From IMG/VR virus record IMGVR_UViG_3300015371_000006, positions 32,001 through 96,000 of that record: DNA of 64,000 bases. One strand, 5' to 3'. Position numbers and translations under genes: made by a program. Of this stretch, positions 27,114-36,500 are shown piece after piece. The notes under the pieces are model-generated. The model was not told the origin of the DNA, did not search any database, and saw only the letters and a program-made list of their open reading frames with translations. This DNA is from a virus. Every line of letters begins with the position of its first letter. Position 1 is the stretch's first letter.

Positions 27114-27403
27114 GCTGCGACCTCCAGTTCGTCGGTGACGTATTCCTCGTCGTAATCGCCGGGGTAGCGGACCGGGCTCGCCAGCTCGGATTCGAACTCC
27201 GACTCCTCGGGGTCGCCGGGGAAGCGGACCGTGATCCGGGGGCAGATCAGGTAGACCCGCTCCGGGGCGTCGCGGTCGTCGATGTCCGGTTCGTGGATGG
27301 CGGTGATGATCCCGATCTCGGCCGGGTCGTCGGCGTAGGGCGCGGTGACCTTTCCGCCGACCTTCAGCTCGCGCTTGCCTGCGTCCGTCAGGGTGAATTC
27401 CAT
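27110..27403 (-). CDS. acidic hypothetical protein
   Basis: Coupled to neighbouring genes. Confidence 0.6.
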   Translation of the reverse strand: MEFTLTDAGKRELKVGGKVTAPYADDPAEIGIITAIHEPDIDDRDAPERVYLICPRITVRFPGDPEESEFESELASPVRYPGDYDEEYVTDELEVAA

Positions 27404-27639
27404 CAGCTCATCTCCAGCCGGAACTCGTCGCAGAAGGCGAAGCTGCCGCTTGCGCCGTCGGGGATCGCCATCGTCTGCAGGTCGCCGTCGGGCTTGCGGA
27501 CCGCGAGGCCGTTCTCCACGTTGGCGGTGAAGGTGACCTTCATGCGGCCGGGCATGCTCTGGCTCGCGCGCAGGCTCAGCTCGGCAAGTTTGGGCGTGCC
27601 GTCCTCGTTCGTGAGGAGGGCGAGGGGTCGTGTGCTCAT
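27403..27639 (-). CDS. hypothetical protein
   Basis: MSTRPLALL start after AAGGAG; promoter box at 27670-27686. Confidence 0.6.
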   Translation of the reverse strand: MSTRPLALLTNEDGTPKLAELSLRASQSMPGRMKVTFTANVENGLAVRKPDGDLQTMAIPDGASGSFAFCDEFRLEMS

Positions 27640-27698
27640 CTGTCGCTCCTTCGGTAGTGCCTTGGTCGGTGCTACCGACTGTAGCACACCGGGCGGCG

Positions 27699-28052
27699 CT
27701 AACGGAAGGCTGCGGGGGCCGTTGAGTGGAGCGCGGTGAGCAGCCGTTGGCGGGTCGCGCGCGGGGTGGCCCTGAAGGTGAGGCCCTCGCTGAGTTGCGC
27801 CCGTCGGTACGCCTTGCGGCACTTCGTCTTGCCGATGCCCGGCGTGTGGATGATCAGCGCGGCGATGCGCATCGTCGTCAGCCACTCCGGGTCTTCGTGG
27901 GGGTGTCGCCCAAGCAGCTCCTCCAGCGTGACCTCGCCGGACTTGAGTTGCCCCTTCAGCTTTGACCTTGAGGACCGATGCGCGTTCGCCTTGCGCAGCG
28001 CCCTCTCGCGCTGCTCCAGCTGGTGGCCGGTCCCTGCAACCGATATCGCCAT
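27699..28052 (-). CDS. mihF: actinobacterial-type integration host factor (mIHF-like)
   Basis: QRERALRKANAHRSSRSKLKGQLKSGEVTLEELL...TPGIGKTKCRK...RQRLL matches the mIHF/sIHF architecture. Confidence 0.75.
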   Translation of the reverse strand: MAISVAGTGHQLEQRERALRKANAHRSSRSKLKGQLKSGEVTLEELLGRHPHEDPEWLTTMRIAALIIHTPGIGKTKCRKAYRRAQLSEGLTFRATPRATRQRLLTALHSTAPAAFR

Positions 28053-28067
28053 GCGCGGCACGCTACC

Positions 28068-31000
28068 TCACGAGTCCAGCTCACGGACCCGGTTCACGCC
28101 GCTGACCAGGAACGCCTTGCCGGTCGCGGGCCGCCAGATCAGAACCAGGCCCCCTCCGGCGGCCTGCACGTAGATGTATTCGTTGCCGCCCTTGTCGCGG
28201 AAGCCCTGGCCCGGCATCAGATCCTTGACGTGGGGGTGCTTGTATTTCCCGCCGCTTCCCCATGCGGATTTGTAGCCCAGCAGATCGGTCATCGGGACGC
28301 CGCTGATGCTCCCGTGCTCGGCGAGGATCTTCGCCAGCAGCGCCTTCGCGTCGCCGCCCGTGTTCGTCTCGGCCTCCACGTCGGGGCTGCTCAGCTCGGT
28401 CGCAGCCTTCGGCTGCACGTCGTCGAGCTTGGTCTGGTCGCTGACCACCTGCAGCAGCCCGCTCTGCAGATCCTTGACGATCACCTGGTTGCCCTGGCTC
28501 GGGCCGGGCGGGGTCTTGAAGGCGACCACCTGGAAGGGATGCCCGCTCGCGTTCTCGAACTCGTACTCGGGTTCCATGTCGTAGAGGTAGCCCCCGGTGA
28601 ACGGCGTCGTCTCGGTTTCGGCCTCCGGGTCGGCGGCGGGCGGTTGCTCGGGGAGGTCCGCCAGCGGCGTGCCGGGGCTCACCTTGGTCATCCCGGCGGC
28701 GTCGGGGCCGGAAGGCCCCACGACCTTCTCGCCGTTCGCCAGCTCGGCCACGACGATCCACGGCTCGCCATCCGGGCCGGTGAAGGTTTCGCCGCCCTGC
28801 AGCTGGTCGATGTTCGTCGGCTCGGGGTCGGGCGGTGTCGGCGCGACGCTGATCTTCGCGGGCTTCAGCGCCCCGACCACTCCGGTGATCGTTGACTCGG
28901 TGCCGTTCTGCAGGCTGACCGCCTTCTCGTGGTCCGACTTCATGAACTTGTAGCCGCCGTATTCGTAGGTGCTGCCGATGGGCAGGTCGTCGACGGCGAG
29001 GCCTTCGGTGTTGTCGTAGGTCGGCGGGTCGTGGTCGGGGATCGTCTGCGTCGGCGTCGGCGTCTGTGGCGGCAGCGCCATGCCGCCGGGCGGGCCGGGC
29101 ACAAAGCCCTCTTCGAACTTCAGCGTCTCGCCGGGGTCGCCGCTACTCCCGAAGCTCTTCTTCAGCAGCGTCACCTCGACCTGTCCGTTGACCGGGCCGC
29201 CCTGCACCTCGTAGATCGAGCCGGAGGCCATCTTGATCTGCGTCCCTGCGGGCATCTCGCCCAGCGTGGCGGTGGTCGGCTGGAAGGCCGCTTCGGGGAA
29301 CGGCGCGGCCAGGCCCTCGGGCGGCTCCACGCTGATCGGCGTGCCCCCTCCCGCCGGGGTCGCCAGCGCCTTCACGTCCTTGGCGTAAACCATCTTCAGG
29401 CCGCCCGTGGTGTAGACGCCCTTGATCCCGGTGCCCGCCACCTGGTTGTCGGTGATCTTGACCGTCTGCCCGTCCGTCAGCTCCACGACGTCGCCGTTCG
29501 CCAGCGAGTTGAAGAGTTCCTCCTGGTCGGCGGTTGCGATTCCCGCCTCGGGCGCTGGCCAGGTGATGACGGTCGGGTTGTCGACCGTCGTGTCCATCGG
29601 CACGGTGCCCCCGGTCGCCACGTTCTCCAGGTCGACGAAGCCGTCGAAGTTGTTCGTCACCTTGTAGCGGACGTCCTGGTAGATGACGGTCTGCCCCACC
29701 GGGATGTCGGCGAGCTTCACCTGCGCGCCGGTGGCCCCCGGAGGTGCCGCAACAGCGCCCGGCTCGTCTACGTCGGTCATCTGCGGCCCCGGCTGCGTGA
29801 CCACCTTCTCCAGGCTGACCGTGTACTCCTTCTGGCCCTTCTGGATCAGCAGCGCGTCCTTGCCCGACGGCGTGGTCGCTGATCCGACCACGGTGCCGGT
29901 CCAGGTCTTGCCGTCGGCGCGCTTCATCTCGACCGTCTGCCCCAGCTCGTAGCCGTGGTGCTTGATCGGCTCAGCGGGTGCCATGTCCAGGCCCTGTCCC
30001 GGCGGCGGCGGGGCGTCCATCGTCTCCTCGGGCAGCTCGCGCACGCGCAGCTTTCCGCTCACGGTGAAGTTCGTCTGCCCGTCGGAGATGATCGGCTCGT
30101 CGCCCGCGACCTGCAGCTTGAACAGCTTTCCGGTCTTGTCGCGGAACACGGTCCCGGCGGGCAGGTTCTTGATCCGCTCGTGCTTGTAGGCCCCGCCCGG
30201 CCCGTGGGAGGACTTGTAGGGCACCAGCTGGTCGCCGATGTCGAACAGCGCGTCCTCGGCCTGCTCGGACTGGTTGAGGCTCGGCGACGTGGTTGCGGGC
30301 TTGAGCGCAGGGTGGCTTTCGCCGTAGGTGACGTTGTCGCTCGGGGCGGGCATCGTCGTCTTCTGCGGGTTCAGCGTCCCGTCCTCGCGGATCAGGTTGC
30401 CGGTGATCTGCTTCTCGCCCGACTCGCCGACCGACACGCCGGTCACCTGCCACACCTTGCCGTCGTGGATGAACGTGTCGAAGTTCTCCAGCTGCTCGGC
30501 TTGGACCGTGTCGCCCGGCTTCAGCTCGGAGTGCGGGGTCAGCGACTTCGGCGGCCCGGACTTCTTGACCTGGCTCTCGTTGGTCGGGCTCTCGTGGTCG
30601 TGCCCCACGCCACCGTCTGCCGACTCCAGGGACTTGACCTTCTTCTTCAGCAGCGCCTTGCCGGTCTCCCCGGTGTCCAGGTTCGTGAAGTAGACCCAGC
30701 TCTCGTCCTTGCTGTCCACGCGGTAGGGGCGGATGCGCGAGCCCCGGCCGCCGTGGAACAGGTCGCCGTCGGCGAGGTCGCCCATCTGCGTGGACTTGCC
30801 GATCTTCCACGCCTTCGGGTTGAACAGGCCCTGCAGCGCGTCGTTGTCAGGGTCGATCTGCACGACCTTCGCGCCGGGCTTGGCCTCCTTGATCGAGACG
30901 ATGCCGTTCTTCTTGACCGAGGTGACGACGTGCTTGGCCCCGTTGTAGGCCAGCGTCATCCCCTTCTCCGGCGGCTGCTTCAGCTTGAAGTAGCCCTCGA

Positions 31001-32939
31001 TTTCGACCAGCTGCACGGCCTTGTAGTCGCCGTTGATGGTGCCGGTCAGGCCGCTGTTCAGGTCTTGGATCTGCGTCAGGCCCAGCGTGGGCGTGTCCTT
31101 GATCTCATACGGCGTCCCGTTGACCTTGAACTTGTCGCCGATCTGCATCTTGGCGATGGGCTTCGCGTCGTCGGTGCCGAATTGCCAGGCGGCCGGGTCG
31201 AAGCCGCTCTCCTCGACCTTGGTCGGCGGCACGTTGCCCAGCAGCTTGTAGTTCGGGTAGCCCTCTTGGAAGGCCATCTCCTCGCCGTTGTATTTCAGCC
31301 CGCCCTCGCCGTCGGGCACGATCTTGTGGATGCGCAGCCCGCTGGGGCTGGCAGGGTCGGCGTTGACGTAGTAGAGGGTGCCCTGCAGGCCCATCAGGAA
31401 GTCACCTGCGCCCGCGTGCGACTCGGCTGCCTCCAGCGCCTCGGGGTTGCCGTTGGGGTCGAGGTTGTCGAATGGCAGCCCCAGCTTCCCCAGCTCCTCG
31501 GGTGACCAGCCGGACTTGATCTCGGGCAGCTTGTCGGCGTACTCCTCCAGCGCGGTGATCGCAGCGGGCGGTGGCGGCAGGTGCGCCGAGCCCTTCATCT
31601 TGATCTCGGCTGCGACCGGCGGCACGGGCAGCGGCTCGCCGCCTCGGACAGCCGACAGGAACATGCGGATCGTGTCGCCGCCTCGGGGCTGCTTGGTCAT
31701 CTTCCCCAGCCACTGGCGGTAGCCGGACGGCACCTCGTCGTTGTGGTAGCTGATCGCCTGGTCCGGGTCCAGCACCATCTGGTAGGGGATCGCCACCTCC
31801 TGCTCGCCGTGGCAGCTCCCCTGCGCGTTCTTCATCGGCCCCGAGACGTAGGTCGCCATGACGATGTGGCGCATGCTGACCGCCGTCGCCACGCCGGTCT
31901 GCTTCTTGCCGATGGCCTCGCTGTTGAAGCTGCAGCTCAGGCCGCTGAACACCCTCGCCTTGCCGCTGATGAACTTCTTCCACCACGAGGTCGGCTTCGC
32001 CGGGCTCAGGTAGCCGGACTTGTGGATGATCGTCAGGTCGGGGCTGCGGGTGCGGTTGTAGAGATCCCAGGCGTAGGCGTCGCGGATCAGGCCCTGCAGC
32101 TCCATCGCCTGCTCGCGCTTGGCCCGCGCGGACTCCAGCGTCTTCGGGTTCTTCTCGTGCATGTTGATGATCCCGGCGAGGCTCAGCGACATGCCCGACG
32201 AGCTGCCGTACTGCGAGCTGAAGCCGCCGCTGACGAGCTGTCCGATCTCGGCGTCGTAGCCCTGGTACGCCTTCGTGATCAGCTGGCTGGCCTTGAGCTT
32301 GCCGTACTCGCCGTAGCGCTTCTGCAGGTCGGTGTAGTGGAGCTGCTCGGCACGACCGAAGGCGGCCCACTCCTCGGCGGTCAGCGCGCTGTTGGGCGGG
32401 ATCGGGATCGAGGGGTCGTGCGTCTTCGGGTCGACGTGCGGGTTGACGGCCGTGACCGTGGACTTCGGGCCGCCCGCGTGCTCGCCCTTGCCGCCGATGA
32501 CCGCCACGGGCTTAGCCCGCTTCGCGCCGGTCAGCTCCTGGGCGGGGCCGCCGGTCGTGGTCGGGTCCAGCACCACGGTCTTCGCCACCTCGCCGCCGGT
32601 CTTGTGGGCGATGATCTGCCCCTGCCCGTCGGGCCCCGCGACGATGTTGGCGATCTCGTAGGTGTCGCCCTTGAAGTCGAAGGTCTGCCCCACGCGCATG
32701 AACTTGCCGCCCAGGCCGCCCGGCGTCCCGGCGGGCCAGCGCGGGTGCAGGTGCTCCTCGACCGACGTCCACGGTCCGGCGGCCGCCTCCTCCAGGTTCT
32801 CGCCCTCGACGTCGGGCTCTCGGGGCTCCGGCCCACGCTCCCTGCGCCCACCCTGCTCGGCCGCTGCTCGGATCAGCCCCAGCGGGTCGTCGGAGTTCGC
32901 GTCGGGGGGCGTCGGCAGCGGAACGAGGACGGTCGTCAC
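28068..32939 (-). CDS. giant modular protein: ADP-ribosyltransferase-like domain plus >12 small beta-barrel-like repeats
   Basis: HPRWPAGTPGGLGGKF near the N-terminus; ART-like motifs IIHKS / GLSCSFN / GEQEVAI; repeats of the form (D/E)LxxGxxFxxxGxxYxV. Start GTG 32939. Confidence 0.7.
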   Translation of the reverse strand: MTTVLVPLPTPPDANSDDPLGLIRAAAEQGGRRERGPEPREPDVEGENLEEAAAGPWTSVEEHLHPRWPAGTPGGLGGKFMRVGQTFDFKGDTYEIANIVAGPDGQGQIIAHKTGGEVAKTVVLDPTTTGGPAQELTGAKRAKPVAVIGGKGEHAGGPKSTVTAVNPHVDPKTHDPSIPIPPNSALTAEEWAAFGRAEQLHYTDLQKRYGEYGKLKASQLITKAYQGYDAEIGQLVSGGFSSQYGSSSGMSLSLAGIINMHEKNPKTLESARAKREQAMELQGLIRDAYAWDLYNRTRSPDLTIIHKSGYLSPAKPTSWWKKFISGKARVFSGLSCSFNSEAIGKKQTGVATAVSMRHIVMATYVSGPMKNAQGSCHGEQEVAIPYQMVLDPDQAISYHNDEVPSGYRQWLGKMTKQPRGGDTIRMFLSAVRGGEPLPVPPVAAEIKMKGSAHLPPPPAAITALEEYADKLPEIKSGWSPEELGKLGLPFDNLDPNGNPEALEAAESHAGAGDFLMGLQGTLYYVNADPASPSGLRIHKIVPDGEGGLKYNGEEMAFQEGYPNYKLLGNVPPTKVEESGFDPAAWQFGTDDAKPIAKMQIGDKFKVNGTPYEIKDTPTLGLTQIQDLNSGLTGTINGDYKAVQLVEIEGYFKLKQPPEKGMTLAYNGAKHVVTSVKKNGIVSIKEAKPGAKVVQIDPDNDALQGLFNPKAWKIGKSTQMGDLADGDLFHGGRGSRIRPYRVDSKDESWVYFTNLDTGETGKALLKKKVKSLESADGGVGHDHESPTNESQVKKSGPPKSLTPHSELKPGDTVQAEQLENFDTFIHDGKVWQVTGVSVGESGEKQITGNLIREDGTLNPQKTTMPAPSDNVTYGESHPALKPATTSPSLNQSEQAEDALFDIGDQLVPYKSSHGPGGAYKHERIKNLPAGTVFRDKTGKLFKLQVAGDEPIISDGQTNFTVSGKLRVRELPEETMDAPPPPGQGLDMAPAEPIKHHGYELGQTVEMKRADGKTWTGTVVGSATTPSGKDALLIQKGQKEYTVSLEKVVTQPGPQMTDVDEPGAVAAPPGATGAQVKLADIPVGQTVIYQDVRYKVTNNFDGFVDLENVATGGTVPMDTTVDNPTVITWPAPEAGIATADQEELFNSLANGDVVELTDGQTVKITDNQVAGTGIKGVYTTGGLKMVYAKDVKALATPAGGGTPISVEPPEGLAAPFPEAAFQPTTATLGEMPAGTQIKMASGSIYEVQGGPVNGQVEVTLLKKSFGSSGDPGETLKFEEGFVPGPPGGMALPPQTPTPTQTIPDHDPPTYDNTEGLAVDDLPIGSTYEYGGYKFMKSDHEKAVSLQNGTESTITGVVGALKPAKISVAPTPPDPEPTNIDQLQGGETFTGPDGEPWIVVAELANGEKVVGPSGPDAAGMTKVSPGTPLADLPEQPPAADPEAETETTPFTGGYLYDMEPEYEFENASGHPFQVVAFKTPPGPSQGNQVIVKDLQSGLLQVVSDQTKLDDVQPKAATELSSPDVEAETNTGGDAKALLAKILAEHGSISGVPMTDLLGYKSAWGSGGKYKHPHVKDLMPGQGFRDKGGNEYIYVQAAGGGLVLIWRPATGKAFLVSGVNRVRELDS

Positions 32940-33137
32940 CCGTCCATTGTGAACCCCGCGCAAGCGGGAGGGCGATTCAGACCACGGAGACGATGCCCTG
33001 GTGGCGGCGTTGCCACCAGCGCGCGCCCGCGCGCGTGAGCGCGAGGTGCGCGATCTCCTCGCCATAGGCGGTCGGCATCACCACCCGCCAGCGCCAGGGT
33101 CTCGGGTCGCCGCAGCAGGTGCGCTCGACCCGGCCCT

Positions 33138-33503
33138 TCACTTGACGGCTCTCCAGCCCTTCGGCTTCTCGCCGCCCTTCGGCGCGTTGGCCTGGGCGTT
33201 TCGCAGCTTCCGGTTCCAGCTGGTGTGCTTGTGGCCGCCCCACTCGGTGTAGCGGTCCGCCTCGCTGCGCTTGAAGGGCAGTCCGCTGAAGGCCCGGCGG
33301 AACTTCGCGTTGCCGTCCATCTGCTTCGGCTGGGGGATGTCGCCCAGCGCATGCGACTGCGCCTTACGCGAGCCCCGGCGCAGGTGCCCGACGTTGCGCG
33401 ACTCCATCTTCTCCTCCACAGAGCGAGTGCCCTGGCGACGGTTGGCACGGCGCTGTTGGCGGTGGGTCAGGCCCCGGCCGCCCCGCTTGGCCCGGATGCT
33501 CAC
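33138..33503 (-). CDS. highly basic small protein
   Basis: Arg/Lys-rich; CCGACCGAGGAGG leader at 33512-33524. Confidence 0.6.
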   Translation of the reverse strand: MSIRAKRGGRGLTHRQQRRANRRQGTRSVEEKMESRNVGHLRRGSRKAQSHALGDIPQPKQMDGNAKFRRAFSGLPFKRSEADRYTEWGGHKHTSWNRKLRNAQANAPKGGEKPKGWRAVK

Positions 33504-33541
33504 TTCGCGTACCTCCTCGGTCGGGTGTTGACCGGGGCAGC

Positions 33542-36500
33542 CTAACGGGGCTTGACGACGGCGTCGACCACGGTCGCCCCGTCGATGAGCTTGCTGCCGG
33601 TGATGCGAATCGACGTGCGCCGGGGCAGCACCACGCGGCCGGGCGTCGGATCGGTGACGGTGTCGAGCGTCGAGGGCATCAGCGCGTGCGCTCCGGTCGG
33701 GACCGTGAGCCGCAGGGTGACCACGCCGGGCGTCGGCGCGTACTGCGTCTCGGCGTTGAGGTAGCTCTTCTCGGTCATCCACTTCCCGGCCAGCTCGCCT
33801 GCGTTGTCGGCGTTGATCTTGCTGTCGGCGGGCAGCGGGACGTAGGCGTAGAAGTCCTCGTCGACTCGGGTCACCCTGTCGCCCAGCAGGGCGTCCAGCT
33901 GCGCCACGGTGCCCTGCGTCTCGGCGTCGGCGGCCGCGCGCTTGGCCCCGGAGCGCAGGTGGGCGTCCACCACGTCGTGGCCCTGGCCCAGGTAGTGCTC
34001 CATCGCTGCGTCCTCCTCGGGGTAGGTCTCCAGCGATGCGTCGCGCGCGCTGAATTCGTCGAGCACCTCCTCGCCGCTCAGCGGCTCGGGGATCTCCTCC
34101 TCGCCTCGGCTGTAGCGCCCCAACCAGGCGACTCGGGCCTTGAGGTTCTCGCGGACGCGCTCGCGCATCTCCTCATCGTCGAACGGGGCCGCGTCCACCA
34201 GCGCGTCGATGCGCTCGGGGGTCAGACGCAGCTCGGCGTCCTTGGCGGCGGCCCGCATCCCCTCCTCGGTGATCGCCATCCGCGTCCACGCCTGCCCGCC
34301 AGGCTTGTTCATCGTCCACAGCTCGGTCGGCACCGGCCCGAACGGCTTCGGCCCGCCCATCGCCCGGTACTCCAGGGTGCCGCCCTGGTCGAGTCGGATC
34401 GGGGTGTCGCCGTTCCACAGCACGTTGTCCTGCGCCAGGCCGACCACGTCCCAGTTGCCCAGCAGCGCGTCGGCGACGAAGCCGTCGGCCAGCGTTTCAT
34501 CGGCGTGTTGCCACTGGCGCTCCTCGCCGTCCACGAGCGGGTAGGTCAGCGCGCGGGTCTTGCCGAACTTCGGCACGTTCACCTCGGTGTAGCCCGCGTT
34601 CGGGACGGTGATCCCCAGCTCGCGGTAGATCGAGTTCGCCAGCAGCTCGGTTGCCACGCGGTCGCGGTTGCCCTTGTACGTCTTCACCAGCCAGCGGCGG
34701 CCCTCGGCGTCCTCGGCCATCCGCGCCCCGTTCGACCCTCCTGCGGGCTTGACGTCCTTGAGCTTCGTGGCGGTGTAGTCGGGGATGCCCTGCACCGGCT
34801 CGGGCGGGGCTTCCATCTCGGAGCGCTCGACCTCTTCGGTGCGCTCGGGCTTGCCGCCGTCCCAGCTCGCCTGCATCTTCGCCAGGAACGCCTTCATCCC
34901 CGGCAGCTCAGGTGGGCTGGCCTGGCCTACTCCTCCGGCTTCTCCTCCGGCTTCTCCTCCGGCTCCGGGTCCGACTCGTAGCGCAGCGTCTCCCCCTCCA
35001 GGTACTCCGCTGCGTCCGGCGGGAGATCCGGGGCTGGCGGCGGCTGCTCCTTCGGGTCCATCGAGGCCCATCCTACCCTGCGCCAGGAAGCCGTCCATCT
35101 TCTCGGCGTCGAGAATCTTCAGCTCGCCGCCCACATCCTTGTCGGCGATCAGCTTCGCGGGCTCGCCGCGCGGCACGTCGGTGTCCCACACCCGCAGCCG
35201 CAGCCAGGGGAGTTCGTCGTCGTACTCGGTGAAGCGCTGGGGCACGCTGCGGTAGGCGTTGTCGACGATGTGGTCGGGCACGGTGCGGCCGCTGCGCTCG
35301 GCGCGCTCGGCCACGCGGACCTTGCCCTTTTCGTGGGGGAGGTGGGCGACGTCGACCTCCACGTCGTAGCCGTCGGCGTGCGCCTGCTCCAGCTTCTCGC
35401 GGAAGCGCCCCGCGCCGGAGTTGCCGACGCCGTCGATCAGCACGTCGAGGCCCCGGTTGAAGGCTCGCGCGCGCAGCGTCCGGGCGATGATCGAGGACTC
35501 CTCATGCACGCCCGCGCCGCTGTAGGGGTCGCGCGCTTCGATCATCGCCTGGTACTCGGGCAGCTTCTCCTTGATCGCGTCGGGGTTGACCTCGACCATG
35601 CCGGTGGCCTCGGCGCTCAGCATCGAGGACTTGCCCGAGCCCGGTCCGCCTGCGGTGAACGCCGCGCGCGGCTTGCGGCCCGAGGGTGGTTCGTGGCCTT
35701 CCAAGAAGCTGTTGATGATCTCCTCGTGCAGCGCCCGGCGCTCGTCGGCGTAGACCCGGCCGGTCGGGGTCATGCGCGACCACTTCGCCTCGGTGTCGAC
35801 GGCCTCGCCCAGCACCTCATTGGCCGTCGGCCCCTTCTCCACCTGCAGCCGATCCTCGGGGCGCTCGGCGGGGCTGGCCTGGCCCATCATCACCGAGCTG
35901 AGCGCATCCCAGGCGTTGGCTGCCAGCTGCTCCTCTGAGGCCGCGTCGGCGTCACGGATCGCCTCCAGGGCGCGCACCTCCTCTTCGTCTCGCAGCGTCG
36001 TGATCGCCGGTTCGACCTCCTCGCGGCTCAGCCCGTCAACCGAACCCACGTCGCGCTTGACCGCGTAGGTGCGCGTGCCGTCGCGGTCGCGGGTGACGCT
36101 TACCTCGCTGCCGTCGCTCAGGGTGATCGTCGATGCGTCGGGCTGACCGGGGTAGAAGTCCAGCTCGTCGAGGTTCCTGCGGTCGCGGTCGCTCAGCGGC
36201 CTGCGGCCGAAGCCGGTCGGGCGGGGGCGGTCCAGTGCGCCCCGCCAGGCGGCGAGCGCAGGCATCGGCCCCGCTGCTCCGAGGGTCTGCACGCGCTGGG
36301 CATAGGGATTCCACGCCACATGGCGCGACAGGTGCAGGCCGGGGCTGGCCTGCCCGCCTTGCGCCTCCAGGGATTCGCGGTCGAGCAGCAGCTCGTTCTC
36401 GCCCGCCAGCTTGCCCAGCCACAGCGCCTTGGTCCCGGCGGGCACCGTGACCTCCTGAACGTCGCCGAATCGCTCGGCATCAGCCTTTCGCGTGCTGGTG

